Shown in pieces: positions 55,399 through 64,000 of a stretch of 64,000 bases of DNA; the stretch's first letter is position 1; each line of letters starts with the position of its first letter. The DNA lies in the NCBI GenBank assembly GCA_965116495.1, contig OZ220696.1, positions 3,136,001-3,200,000 on the forward strand. Direction: 5' to 3'. A program made the position numbers and the translations under genes. The stretch comes from Gammaproteobacteria bacterium (GTDB taxonomy: Bacteria; Pseudomonadota; Gammaproteobacteria; Eutrophobiales; Eutrophobiaceae). The notes beneath the pieces were generated by a model that worked only from the letters and a program-made list of their open reading frames with translations, made no database searches and was not told the origin of the DNA.

Positions 55399-56769
55399 AT
55401 GTCGACTAAATCGGGTACAGGCAACGGGGCGCCGGACTGGCCGTCTCCCACCATGGCGTGGTACGCCGTGGCGGTGCTGTTCGTCGCTTATACCTTTTCA
55501 TTCATGGACCGGATCATCCTGAGCCTGCTGATCCAGCCCATAAAACTGGACCTGGGCCTGAGCGATACGCGCATCAGCCTGCTGCACGGTTTTGCGTTCG
55601 CCATTTTCTATACCATCATGGGCATCCCCATAGCCCGCCTGGCTGACCGTTACAGCCGCCGGGCGATTATTGCGACTGGTATCACCGTCTGGAGTTTAAT
55701 GACCGCGGTGTGCGGGCTGGCCAGGGGCTACTGGCAGTTGTTCGCTGCCCGGGTAGGGGTCGGCGTCGGCGAGGCCGCACTGTCACCGGCGGCGTATTCG
55801 ATGATCGCGGACATGTTCAGGCCGGACAAGCTGGGACGCGCCCTGAGCGTGTATACCATGGGGGCTTTCTTCGGCGCCGGGTTGGCTTTTATCATCGGCG
55901 GTGCCGTGATCCAGGCAATTACCGGTTCGCCGGAACTGACGTTGCCCCTGGTTGGCACGGTCAGGTCGTGGCAGGCGGCGTTCCTGGTGGTGGGATTGCC
56001 CGGCCTCCTGGTGGCGGCCCTGATGTTTACCGTCAAGGAACCCGTGCGCCGGCAAATAGCGGATAGCACAGGTGGCGGGGATGGATGTGAGGCAATTCCG
56101 ATGTCCGAGGTGCTTGCTTATGTCCGCTACAGGTGGTGCATCTATATCACCCACTTTCTCGGGTTTTCATTGCTGGCGGTGGTGTCCAATGCGATCTTTG
56201 CCTGGTCTCCGACCTTCCTGAACCGCAGCTTTGATATGACCATGGGGCAGGCCGGGCCTGCCATAGGAGTGATTTTATTGATATTCAGCAGCGCCGGGCT
56301 CATCACCGGCGGCTGGCTGACCGACCGGCTGGTGCTCAAGGGGTTTCCCGACGGCGGCATGCGCGCCGGTGTGGTTGCGGGGGTCGGGTGCGTTCCGTTC
56401 GCGGTACTGATGCCGTTCATGCCGTCGGTTACCTCGGTCCTGCTGCTGTTCTGCCCGCTGCTGTTTTTCGCCAGCTTCGGTTTTGGCGCCGCGGCCGCGG
56501 CCCTGCAGCAGGTTACGCCGAATCGCATGCGCGCCGTTGTTTCGGCATTTTACCTGTTCCTGTTGAACCTCATCGGCATAGGACTGGGTCCCACGGTAAC
56601 CGCCCTGATTACCGACTACGTGTTCGCCAACGAGCAGGCAGTCGGCTTTTCCATCGCGATCACCGCCGGGACATGCGGGCTGTTGGGGGCAATTGTCCTG
56701 TGGCTTGGTCTCAGGCCGTTCCGGGAAGAGGCGACTGCCCAACTACGGGCTGCCGGTACGGACCGGTAA
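55399..56769 (+). CDS. MFS transporter (spinster-like)
   Basis: SFMDR, motif A ARLADRYSRR, RVGVGVGEAALSPAA, 12 TM helices. Confidence 0.92.
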   Translation: MSTKSGTGNGAPDWPSPTMAWYAVAVLFVAYTFSFMDRIILSLLIQPIKLDLGLSDTRISLLHGFAFAIFYTIMGIPIARLADRYSRRAIIATGITVWSLMTAVCGLARGYWQLFAARVGVGVGEAALSPAAYSMIADMFRPDKLGRALSVYTMGAFFGAGLAFIIGGAVIQAITGSPELTLPLVGTVRSWQAAFLVVGLPGLLVAALMFTVKEPVRRQIADSTGGGDGCEAIPMSEVLAYVRYRWCIYITHFLGFSLLAVVSNAIFAWSPTFLNRSFDMTMGQAGPAIGVILLIFSSAGLITGGWLTDRLVLKGFPDGGMRAGVVAGVGCVPFAVLMPFMPSVTSVLLLFCPLLFFASFGFGAAAAALQQVTPNRMRAVVSAFYLFLLNLIGIGLGPTVTALITDYVFANEQAVGFSIAITAGTCGLLGAIVLWLGLRPFREEATAQLRAAGTDR

Positions 56770-56777
56770 CACGGTAA

Positions 56778-57767
56778 TCAACGGAGAATTTTCATCTCCT
56801 CTATGGGGCCGTTGCCGATACGGGTCCCTTCCGCGTAGGTAACTTCAAGCCACTGGCAGCCGCTCTCCGTCACGGACCCCGCGCCCCATTGCCAGATACT
56901 CCCGGGCGGCTGATCGATAAAAAAATCCTTGCCGAGTGTTATTTTCCTGCCGGCAGCGTCCGGGCCTGCCGACTGCAGGATCTCCATATCGCCGTAGAGT
57001 ACGTAGATGAAGCGCTGCGCTTTCCCGAAATAGGTCCGTTCCTGCGCGCGCGGGTGTATCCAGCCGGGCGGTGCGTAAAGAAGCCTGGCCCGGAACCCAC
57101 CCTGCCAGTCATCGCTCAACCACTTGACGCTAACGCCGGGCAGTTGCGCGTCTTCCTCCCATTCCATCACTTCGGTGGTGGCAGTGTGGCGGAAATGGGC
57201 GTTGGTGAACTGTGTCACGGCGCGCCAGTCGTCACTGTACATTTTACTGTCCGGGTTCAGGCTGACCGTCTTACCGCCTTCCGCGAAGAGCAACTGTAAT
57301 GAGCCCGGTGGTACTTTCTGGCGCTGCATGGCGTCGGCGCGGTTACCGTGGATACTGTAGGCAGGGCGGTCCATCCAGGTGCCGGGATGCATATTCACCA
57401 GGGACCCCAGGTGTTGTTCGGGGCTTACGAATTCATAAAGAATAAAATTACCTTCCAGCACGTAGCCCCACTCATGGAAGTCGTGGTAATGACGGTCCCT
57501 GGTTTCCGCGTCCCAACCGGGCGCGAAGCGCACGTAGAACAGCAATGCGCCGTCCGCGTTCCGGTAAAGCAGTTTACCGCTGGATGTTCCCTTCTTGCCC
57601 ATACGGAAGCGGTCGTCCCATTCCATGGCGTTGACATCGGTGATGCGTAACGTGTCCCGGCCTGCCGGCCTGCCATCTTCCTGCGCCTGCGCGTTGCCGG
57701 GCGCCAGGATACAAAGCAGGATGCCTGCGCAGATTGTGCCGGCCGCTATGGCAATGTTTTTCATCAT
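56778..57767 (-). CDS. Exported bicupin-like protein (DUF4437/ChrR-like)
   Basis: Signal peptide; HYHDFHEWGYVLEG...RPAYSIHG cupin metal motif; degenerate second cupin. Confidence 0.65.
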   Translation of the reverse strand: MMKNIAIAAGTICAGILLCILAPGNAQAQEDGRPAGRDTLRITDVNAMEWDDRFRMGKKGTSSGKLLYRNADGALLFYVRFAPGWDAETRDRHYHDFHEWGYVLEGNFILYEFVSPEQHLGSLVNMHPGTWMDRPAYSIHGNRADAMQRQKVPPGSLQLLFAEGGKTVSLNPDSKMYSDDWRAVTQFTNAHFRHTATTEVMEWEEDAQLPGVSVKWLSDDWQGGFRARLLYAPPGWIHPRAQERTYFGKAQRFIYVLYGDMEILQSAGPDAAGRKITLGKDFFIDQPPGSIWQWGAGSVTESGCQWLEVTYAEGTRIGNGPIEEMKILR

Positions 57768-57787
57768 GTATGCTACCCGGTGCTACC

Positions 57788-57815
57788 TGGGGTCAGGGCA
57801 AATGCTCTGACCCCA
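57788..57815. repeat. Minimal family A hairpin TGGGGTCAGGGCA-AA-TGCTCTGACCCCA
   Basis: 13-bp arms with one mismatch. Confidence 0.8.
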
Positions 57816-58013
57816 ATAATCTGACAATGAAGTACAGCTTATCAGATCATGATCCTGTGTGTTGAAACGTTGACCATGTTGTGCTACGTTGAATTTCGTG
57901 AGGCCGATAACCCCGGCGCAGGGGCTTGCGGCCTTGACTTTCTGGACCCGGGCGGGGGACTTGTCTGCGTGAGCAGTAGCCGGCCCCCCGCCATGACTTA
58001 AAGGAGAACGCTA

Positions 58014-58463
58014 ATGAAAGCTGCTAATGAAGCCTTATCCGCCGATACCCCGGCAACGGTGACCTTTGACACCCTGAGCGCTGCGAAGGAATTGAAAGAA
58101 ACCGGCCTGGAAGACCGGCAAGCCGAAGCGATCGTATCAACTATCAGCAAAGCAATGAGCGAAACTGTGGCTACAAAAGCGGACCTGGAATTACAAAGCG
58201 CTGTGACAAAGGCCGATATAGAAACGCTGGGAGCAGAGTTGAAGGCTGATACCAATGCACTGAGAACGGAGTTGAAGGCTGATACCGAAGAACTGAGAAC
58301 GGAGTTGAAATTATTTCAGCAATCCGTAGACAGCAGGTTTGATGCGCTTGAGAACAGACTCATCCTCAAGCTCGGCGGCCTGATGGTGACGATGACCTTT
58401 TTGCTGCTGGCCATCGGCCCGTTTTATTTTCGCTGGGTGATGTCCCTGATGGGCTCATCGTAA
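58014..58463 (+). CDS. DUF1640/CCDC90-like coiled-coil protein with C-terminal TM helix
   Basis: AAGGAG RBS; FDTL..KEL..G...QAEAI, ATKADL, 11-aa repeats, C-terminal KLGGLM hydrophobic helix. Confidence 0.82.
   Translation: MKAANEALSADTPATVTFDTLSAAKELKETGLEDRQAEAIVSTISKAMSETVATKADLELQSAVTKADIETLGAELKADTNALRTELKADTEELRTELKLFQQSVDSRFDALENRLILKLGGLMVTMTFLLLAIGPFYFRWVMSLMGSS
58236..58310 (+). repeat. 33-bp tandem repeat (about 2.3 copies) in the coiled-coil gene
   Basis: GAGTTGAAGGCTGATACCAATGCACTGAGAACG / GAGTTGAAGGCTGATACCGAAGAACTGAGAACG / GAGTTGAAA. Confidence 0.9.
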
Positions 58464-58482
58464 ACTCTTAACGAAGATCGAA

Positions 58483-58637
58483 GATGGGGTCGGACCACCA
58501 TAACTATTTGTTTCAATTCAGTTTATATGCCGTTTTTGCCTGCTATGTCCCCCTAAACCCCGTATTTTGCCCACAAAAAAGGGGTTTTGAGATTCCCTTG
58601 CCTGTTTGACGCCATTATTGATTTTACTCTGACCCCG
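58483..58637. repeat. Family A-bounded ~150-bp element, homologous to 24188-24320
   Basis: Starts GATGGGGTCGGAC and ends TTTTACTCTGACCCCG; shares TAACTATYTGTTTCMATTSAGTTTAT with 24209-24241. Confidence 0.65.
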
Positions 58638-58677
58638 GCAATCCAATGTGCTCAGGTGTCTCTGTGGTGTCGTTGTC

Positions 58678-59007
58678 TCAGGCGGCCTGCTTCGGCGAGG
58701 CCCTGAGATCGTCAATACGCTTATTCACGAACCCGGTCAGGTCGGTGAAGCGTTGGTTGATATTATCGAAATGTTGCGCCAGCGCCGCATTCTGGTCGTC
58801 AATGCGTTTGTGCATCGAGGTATTCATGTCATCGATTCGTTTATTCACGTCATCGAAGCGCTGGTTTGTCGAAGCCTTCATGTCATCGAAGCGCCGGTTC
58901 ATCGAGGCGTTCTGCTCGTCGAAGCGTTTATTGATATCGAAACGGAACCAGGCGAATAGAGCGGTCGTGAACCCTGCGAGCGAAAGAAAGAGGTGTATGT
59001 TTGACAT
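58678..59007 (-). CDS. Small membrane-anchored coiled-coil repeat protein
   Basis: GGAG upstream; N-terminal TM helix; repeated N(K/Q/R)R(F/I)DD units at 7/11-aa spacing. Confidence 0.7.
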   Translation of the reverse strand: MSNIHLFLSLAGFTTALFAWFRFDINKRFDEQNASMNRRFDDMKASTNQRFDDVNKRIDDMNTSMHKRIDDQNAALAQHFDNINQRFTDLTGFVNKRIDDLRASPKQAA

Positions 59008-59087
59008 GTGTCGGTCTCCCTGTCAGTTATTACAGATGCGTATCTGATTATAGCAATATGGCCGGGGGGATCAAGGTAATTGACAGA

Positions 59088-59106
59088 CGGGGTCAGAGTA
59101 AAATCA
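59088..59106. repeat. Family A arm
   Basis: CGGGGTCAGAGTAAAATCA is the exact reverse complement of 58619-58637. Confidence 0.85.
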
Positions 59107-59408
59107 CCATAGTTCTTGCTACCTGCCAAGCAGCCGGCGGTGGTGATCTATGACACGGATGGCCGGGAAGGCCGGTTTGAGTACCGGATCAGGATCGCCT
59201 GCCGGAAAGCCCGGGTGCGTTATGAGGTTTTTTGGAAGCGGCCTGTTGGTCGGTGCGAGACATGACGTGGGTTTCTCTAGAAGCCTGGACAACCATAAAA
59301 TAACACCCTGATAGTCGTCAGCAACAAGGTGTTACCATGCTATAGTTGACTCGATCCGGTTAAATCACAACTACGCTCACAGTGTAACCCGGTGCATATA
59401 TAACTCCA

Positions 59409-60977
59409 GTGAAAAACATAAGGCGAAGAGACATCATAAAGATGGCCGCGCTGGGGACCGGAGCGAGCGCCCTGGGCAGCGTGAACATCAGGCAACTCCG
59501 GGCTGCTGCCAGCGCTGACAAGACCGGGGCCGGTGCGTCCGATACGGTTGCCGATGTACTGATCATCGGCGCCGGCAACGCCGGCATTCCTGCCGCGATA
59601 CAGGCGGCTGACCTCGGCGCCAAAGTCCTGTTGCTGGACAAAAATCCTTTCCTTGGCGGCATGCTGCACATCTCCGGCGGCCATGTAAGCGGCGCCGACA
59701 GCAAGATCCAGATCGCCAAGGGCATCGAGGACTCCCCCGCGTTGCATTACCGGGACGCCATGCGCATGGGCAGGTACAGGAATAACCCTGAATTACTGAA
59801 GCTCGCCGTAGAGAATGCTGCCGCGATGATCGACTGGCTGGTCGAAATAGGCGTTGAATTCACACCCGAATCCCCGTTTCACGAAGATGACCACGACCGT
59901 TACAGCGCAGAGCGTACGTATGCCGGGCCGGATTACGCCCGTTCGCTGCTGGTCCCATTCCTCAGGGAACTGGAAAAGCGGGTTGACCGGGGTGATGTGT
60001 CGCTGCGACTGAATACCAGGGCCACCAGACTGATCCAGGATGACGATGGAACCATCATCGGGGTGAATGCCGTTGACGAGGCAGGCAACAGTTCGCCGGC
60101 GCTGGCCAGGGCGGTGATCCTGGCAACCGGCGGTTACGGGGCCAGCCAGGAGTTGAAGGAAAAATATAACCCGAAGATCGCGACGTCCAAGGTGATCTGC
60201 CTGCCGCACGCGACCGGGGACGGCCTGGTCATGGCGCAACAGGCGGGGGCGGAACTGGCCAACATGGATATTTTTGTGGCCTTCCCGGGCGCGGTCGAGG
60301 GTGCATCGGGACGCCTGCAGCATCCACCGGACCACCATACCGGCGGCATCTGGGTTAACAAACAAGGCCGCCGCTTTGTCAACGAGCATAGCGGCAGTCC
60401 CGATGAAAGGGAGAGAGCGTTCCTTGAGCAGCCTGATTTCGGCTTCTTCTACATTTTTGACGGGCGGGTAAAGCAGCTTGGCCCGGGTATCGCAGGCTGG
60501 GACCGGCAGCAACTGGGGCAGGAAATTGCGAACGGCGTCGTCAAGCAGGCCAAATCGATCAGGCAACTCGCGGGCAAGTTGGGCGTTGATGCAGGTCAAC
60601 TCGGCCGGACGGTGACAGGATATAACGACGCCGTGGCGCGTGGAGCCGATGCGGAATTCGGCAGGACCAGGCTTGACCACAAACTCGAACAAGGGCCGTT
60701 TTACGCGATCCCTGTCACCGGCAGCATTTTGATCTCCCACGGCGGGGTTGCCGTCAACCATTCGCTGCAAGTAATCGATGAGGACGGCAAGGTTATCCCC
60801 GGTCTGTATGCCGTCGGGGAAACGCTCGGCTGCGCCCAGATGATGGGAAGCGCGGTGCTGAGCGGGATGAGTGTCGGTCCTGCGATCACCCTGGGACGCA
60901 TCGCGGCCAGGAATGCTTGCCGGTATGCACAATCTGCGCGCCATCAGGCCCTGGATTGCGCAGAAACCGGCGCATAA
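59409..60977 (+). CDS. Tat-exported flavoprotein, fumarate reductase / flavocytochrome c family
   Basis: RRRDIIK signal; IIGAGNAG, LATGGYG, TGDG, GRRFVNE, SHGGV, GLYAVGE. Confidence 0.88.
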   Translation: MKNIRRRDIIKMAALGTGASALGSVNIRQLRAAASADKTGAGASDTVADVLIIGAGNAGIPAAIQAADLGAKVLLLDKNPFLGGMLHISGGHVSGADSKIQIAKGIEDSPALHYRDAMRMGRYRNNPELLKLAVENAAAMIDWLVEIGVEFTPESPFHEDDHDRYSAERTYAGPDYARSLLVPFLRELEKRVDRGDVSLRLNTRATRLIQDDDGTIIGVNAVDEAGNSSPALARAVILATGGYGASQELKEKYNPKIATSKVICLPHATGDGLVMAQQAGAELANMDIFVAFPGAVEGASGRLQHPPDHHTGGIWVNKQGRRFVNEHSGSPDERERAFLEQPDFGFFYIFDGRVKQLGPGIAGWDRQQLGQEIANGVVKQAKSIRQLAGKLGVDAGQLGRTVTGYNDAVARGADAEFGRTRLDHKLEQGPFYAIPVTGSILISHGGVAVNHSLQVIDEDGKVIPGLYAVGETLGCAQMMGSAVLSGMSVGPAITLGRIAARNACRYAQSARHQALDCAETGA

Positions 60978-61002
60978 CGGCCGCTAGCGCGGCACCCTGA
61001 CT

Positions 61003-62403
61003 ATGAGTATTCTTTCTCCATCCGGCGCAGATTTCAGTCTGGAAGTCGATGTCGCCGTGATCGGCGCCGGCGCCTGCGGCATGTGCGCAGGACTGGCCGC
61101 CAGACAGGCGGGGGCCGAAGTCCTGGTTATCGAGCGGGACCCTGTGCCGCTGGGCACGAGCGCGATGTCTACCGGCCTGATCCCGGGCGCAGGGACTTCA
61201 TTTCAGGATGCTGCAGGGATTGCCGACACGGCGCAGCAGTTTGCCCATGACGTCTGCGCAAAGACGGGTTTCCGTACGGATGAGCAGGTTGTCCTGGCGC
61301 TCGCCAGGGAATCCGCCGCTACCATCGAGTGGCTGGCCGTTGACCAGCAGGTCCCGCTGTCCCTGGTCGACAGCTTTCTATACCCGGGCCACTCCATCAT
61401 GCGTATGCACGGTACGCCTAACCGGACCGGATCCGAGTTGATGGGCAGCCTCGGCAACGCCGCGGACAGGGCCGGCGTCGATATTCTTACGGAAGCGCGC
61501 GCAACCGATCTGTTTGCGGATGAAGCAGGACGCGTGTACGGGGTGCGCTGCCAACGGCCGGACGGCAGCCACGAGGACCTGGCCTGCGGCGCCCTGGTAC
61601 TCGCCTGCTGCGGCTTTGCCGGCAACCCGGAAATGGTCGGACGTTACATCCCGGAAATAAAGGATGGCGAATTCTTCGGCCATCCCGGCAACAAGGGTGA
61701 CGCCGTGGTCTGGGGCGAGGCATTGGGCGCGGCGGTTGCGGACATGACTGCCTACCAGGGGCATGCAGGCCTGGCCAAGGGTTACGGCATCCCGATATTG
61801 TGGCCCACGATCGTTAACGGCGGCATCCAGGTCAACCAGCAGGGCCGGCGCTTCGCGGATGAAGGGCGGGGTTACTCGGAACAGGCGGTCGACGTGCTGC
61901 GCCAGCAGGGTGGTATCGCCTGGACTTTTTACGACGAACAACGCCACGAAATGATGCTGGAGTTTGAAGATTACCAGAATGCCGTTGCGGCCGGCGCAAT
62001 CCGGTATGGCGAGACCCTGGAGGAAATCTGCCAACAGACGGGTTTGCCCGTTGCTGCGATGAGGGAGACACTTGCAGAGGTTGCCGGTTTGATCGTCAGC
62101 GGTGTTCCCGACAGGTTCGGCAGGAGTTTCAGCGGCAAACAGGCCCTGGCCGCGCCTTTCTGCGCGGTCAGGGTCACCGGCGCCCTGTTCCACACCCAGG
62201 GCGGCCTGAAGGTGGACGCAAACGGCCGCGTGCTGCGTACGGACGGTTCGCTGTTCCTCAACCTCTACGCCGGCGGCGGGGCCGCCAGGGGCATCTCCGG
62301 ACCCGATGCATCGGGCTACCTGGCCGGCAACGGGTTGTTGACTGCGACTACCTTCGGCCGGCTGGCAGGTCGCGCCGCGGCGGTGGAATCACGTAAGCCG
62401 TGA
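61003..62403 (+). CDS. FAD-dependent oxidoreductase (FAD_binding_2; fumarate reductase / ketosteroid dehydrogenase-like)
   Basis: VIGAGACG, LACCGFAGN, GRRFADE, HTQGGL, GYLAGNGLL. Confidence 0.88.
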   Translation: MSILSPSGADFSLEVDVAVIGAGACGMCAGLAARQAGAEVLVIERDPVPLGTSAMSTGLIPGAGTSFQDAAGIADTAQQFAHDVCAKTGFRTDEQVVLALARESAATIEWLAVDQQVPLSLVDSFLYPGHSIMRMHGTPNRTGSELMGSLGNAADRAGVDILTEARATDLFADEAGRVYGVRCQRPDGSHEDLACGALVLACCGFAGNPEMVGRYIPEIKDGEFFGHPGNKGDAVVWGEALGAAVADMTAYQGHAGLAKGYGIPILWPTIVNGGIQVNQQGRRFADEGRGYSEQAVDVLRQQGGIAWTFYDEQRHEMMLEFEDYQNAVAAGAIRYGETLEEICQQTGLPVAAMRETLAEVAGLIVSGVPDRFGRSFSGKQALAAPFCAVRVTGALFHTQGGLKVDANGRVLRTDGSLFLNLYAGGGAARGISGPDASGYLAGNGLLTATTFGRLAGRAAAVESRKP

Positions 62404-62404
62404 T

Positions 62405-63193
62405 GTGCTGCTGTTGTTATCCACGCCTGGCACGGAAGCTGTACCTGTGACTGCCGATATGGATTTTGCCCGGCGATTGGCCGTGGTCACCGGCGCCGGT
62501 TCCGGTATCGGGGCTGAGATCGCGCGCAAACTGGCCGGTCTGGGAACACGGCTTGTAGTGGTCGACGTGAATGCCGCCTCGGTCCGTGCTGTTGCGAAAT
62601 CCATCGGCGCGGAAGCCGTAGTCGCGGATGTCTGCAACCGTGACCAGGTCGCCGGACTGTTCGCGGGTCTGGAACATGCAGCGGATATCCTGGTAACGTC
62701 GGCTGGAGGCGCACAACGGCGGGCAGCCCTTGACGTGGACGAAGCGATGTTTGCCGATAGTTATCAACTGAATGCCGGCGGATTCTGGCGCTGCGCGCAG
62801 GAGGCGGCGCGGCGCTCGATTTCTGAGCAAAGGCCGTCGAGCATCGTGCACATCGCATCAAGCCTGTATCGCGGCCCGGCGCCTGAGCTGTCACATTTCG
62901 CCGCGGCAAAGGCGGCCAGCGTCACACTGGTCCGCTGCCTTGCCCGGGAATGGGCCGTACACGGCATCAGGGTCAATGCGATCGCGCCCGGACCGGTTGA
63001 TACCCCGGCAACCGGGCCCGTCTGGGACGCAGCACCTGGCGCCCGTGATGCGCTGCGCGCGCAACTGCCGCTGGGTCGTATCGGTACACCCGAAGATATT
63101 GCGAACGCCGCAGTCTGGCTGAGTTCAGACGAAGCGGGCTGGATAACGGGTGAGGTGTTGCGTGTCGATGGCGGATTAACTGTCGCAGATTAG
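62405..63193 (+). CDS. Short-chain dehydrogenase/reductase (SDR); start may be 62447 or 62459
   Basis: VTGAGSGIG, FAAAK in place of YxxxK, IRVNAIAPG, ITGEVLRVDGG. Confidence 0.88.
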   Translation: MLLLLSTPGTEAVPVTADMDFARRLAVVTGAGSGIGAEIARKLAGLGTRLVVVDVNAASVRAVAKSIGAEAVVADVCNRDQVAGLFAGLEHAADILVTSAGGAQRRAALDVDEAMFADSYQLNAGGFWRCAQEAARRSISEQRPSSIVHIASSLYRGPAPELSHFAAAKAASVTLVRCLAREWAVHGIRVNAIAPGPVDTPATGPVWDAAPGARDALRAQLPLGRIGTPEDIANAAVWLSSDEAGWITGEVLRVDGGLTVAD

Positions 63194-63204
63194 GCGTACT
63201 TGCG

Positions 63205-63999
63205 CTACGGCCGGGGTTCAACCTTCAGTTTGCGAATTCCGGCGTGAGCTGCCTCGATTTCGTCGCTGGAGCGTCGGCCGATTGTCTCTGCGGATTGGTT
63301 TGTGAGTACCCGGTGCGGATCATCGCCGCCGACCATGCCGAGAAATGGCCCGCCGTAGTCATAACCCATCAGACGCTGAAGGCGTTCCGGCATTTTCCTA
63401 ACGCTGTCTTTGTCTGCGGCCAGGTATTGGTTTTCCACCTGGCGTAACCAGCCCAGGCTGTAATGCACCGCCACACCGGTGCGCGGTTCAGCCGATTGAT
63501 TGGCGCCGCCACCATGGAGTACTCCACCGGTATAGAGGAGGACAGAGCCCGGCGGCATCCCGGCAACAATCGATTCGTCATCCCCGGGTGCGCGTGCATC
63601 GTCCCAAAGGTGACTGCCGGGGATGAGCCGGGTGGCGCCGTTGCGTGGCGTGAACGTATCCACCGCCCACATCGTCGCAAGCGTTGTAGGCGGTGAGGGA
63701 TTGGCAAACGGATAACAACGTCCATCGCGATGCAAAGGTTGCGCATGCTGTCCCGGCAGCAGGTGCATGACACCGCTGTAGTTGATTTGATAACGCACGC
63801 AGTAAGGCAACAAGACATGATCGGCCACTGCCATGACCAATGGATGTATCGCCAGTTGCTGCACTGCAGGTGATCTATCAAACAGGCCAACCAGGCGTTT
63901 GGTTTTTTTTCCCAGAAATGGCGAGCCGCCAGCTTGTACGGCGTCAATATGCGGCGTCAACTGGGCAGCAAGTTCATCCACTTGTGACTGGTCAATCAG
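63205..63999 (-). CDS. Phytanoyl-CoA dioxygenase (PhyH) family Fe(II)/2OG oxygenase; 5' end outside window
   Basis: QPLHRD (HxD), NGATRLIPGSH, LHGGGAN, GWLRQVEN; frame stays open to the window edge. Confidence 0.9.
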   Translation of the reverse strand: MIDQSQVDELAAQLTPHIDAVQAGGSPFLGKKTKRLVGLFDRSPAVQQLAIHPLVMAVADHVLLPYCVRYQINYSGVMHLLPGQHAQPLHRDGRCYPFANPSPPTTLATMWAVDTFTPRNGATRLIPGSHLWDDARAPGDDESIVAGMPPGSVLLYTGGVLHGGGANQSAEPRTGVAVHYSLGWLRQVENQYLAADKDSVRKMPERLQRLMGYDYGGPFLGMVGGDDPHRVLTNQSAETIGRRSSDEIEAAHAGIRKLKVEPRP

Positions 64000-64000
64000 C

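Noticed and set aside
58646-59047. Plus-strand repeat ORFs (SSKR/SSIR repeats)
   Set aside because: Antisense reading of the minus-strand coiled-coil gene, which has the RBS and TM helix.

Overview
Chromosomal, origin-proximal segment of a GC-rich (roughly 55-60%) gammaproteobacterium; a marine or host-associated lineage is an inference from gene content. The window starts with mnmG'-rsmG-parA-parB, followed by a YbdK ligase, a PA0069-type radical SAM protein and a TonB-dependent receptor. Next is a catabolic block (beta-diketone hydrolase, class III aminotransferase, caprolactamase-like hydantoinase B/A pair, luciferase-like monooxygenase, alpha/beta hydrolase), a cupredoxin, and a lexA-imuA-imuB-dnaE2 mutasome cassette with an SOS box. 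A small accessory patch (Phd-VapC, HAD remnant, deazaflavin-dependent nitroreductase) and an addB-addA operon follow. The best candidate for an undescribed system is a 12.6 kb co-directional envelope cluster at 34.7-47.3 kb. It encodes a MotA/TolQ/ExbB subunit, two proteins with an ExbD/MotB-like Asp-containing TM helix fused to coiled-coil and VWA domains, an Hsp70/actin-fold plus FHA-like protein, TPR-PEGA and PEGA-FGE proteins, and four lipoproteins. The last 17 kb holds hydrolases, GSTs, Tat-exported flavoproteins and two coiled-coil repeat genes. Intergenic DNA carries at least five palindromic repeat/MITE families; one copy sits in-frame inside the hydantoinase A gene and another forms a gene's C-terminus. 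I saw no rRNA, tRNA, CRISPR array or transposase. All family assignments come from motif recognition and memory, not from database searches.
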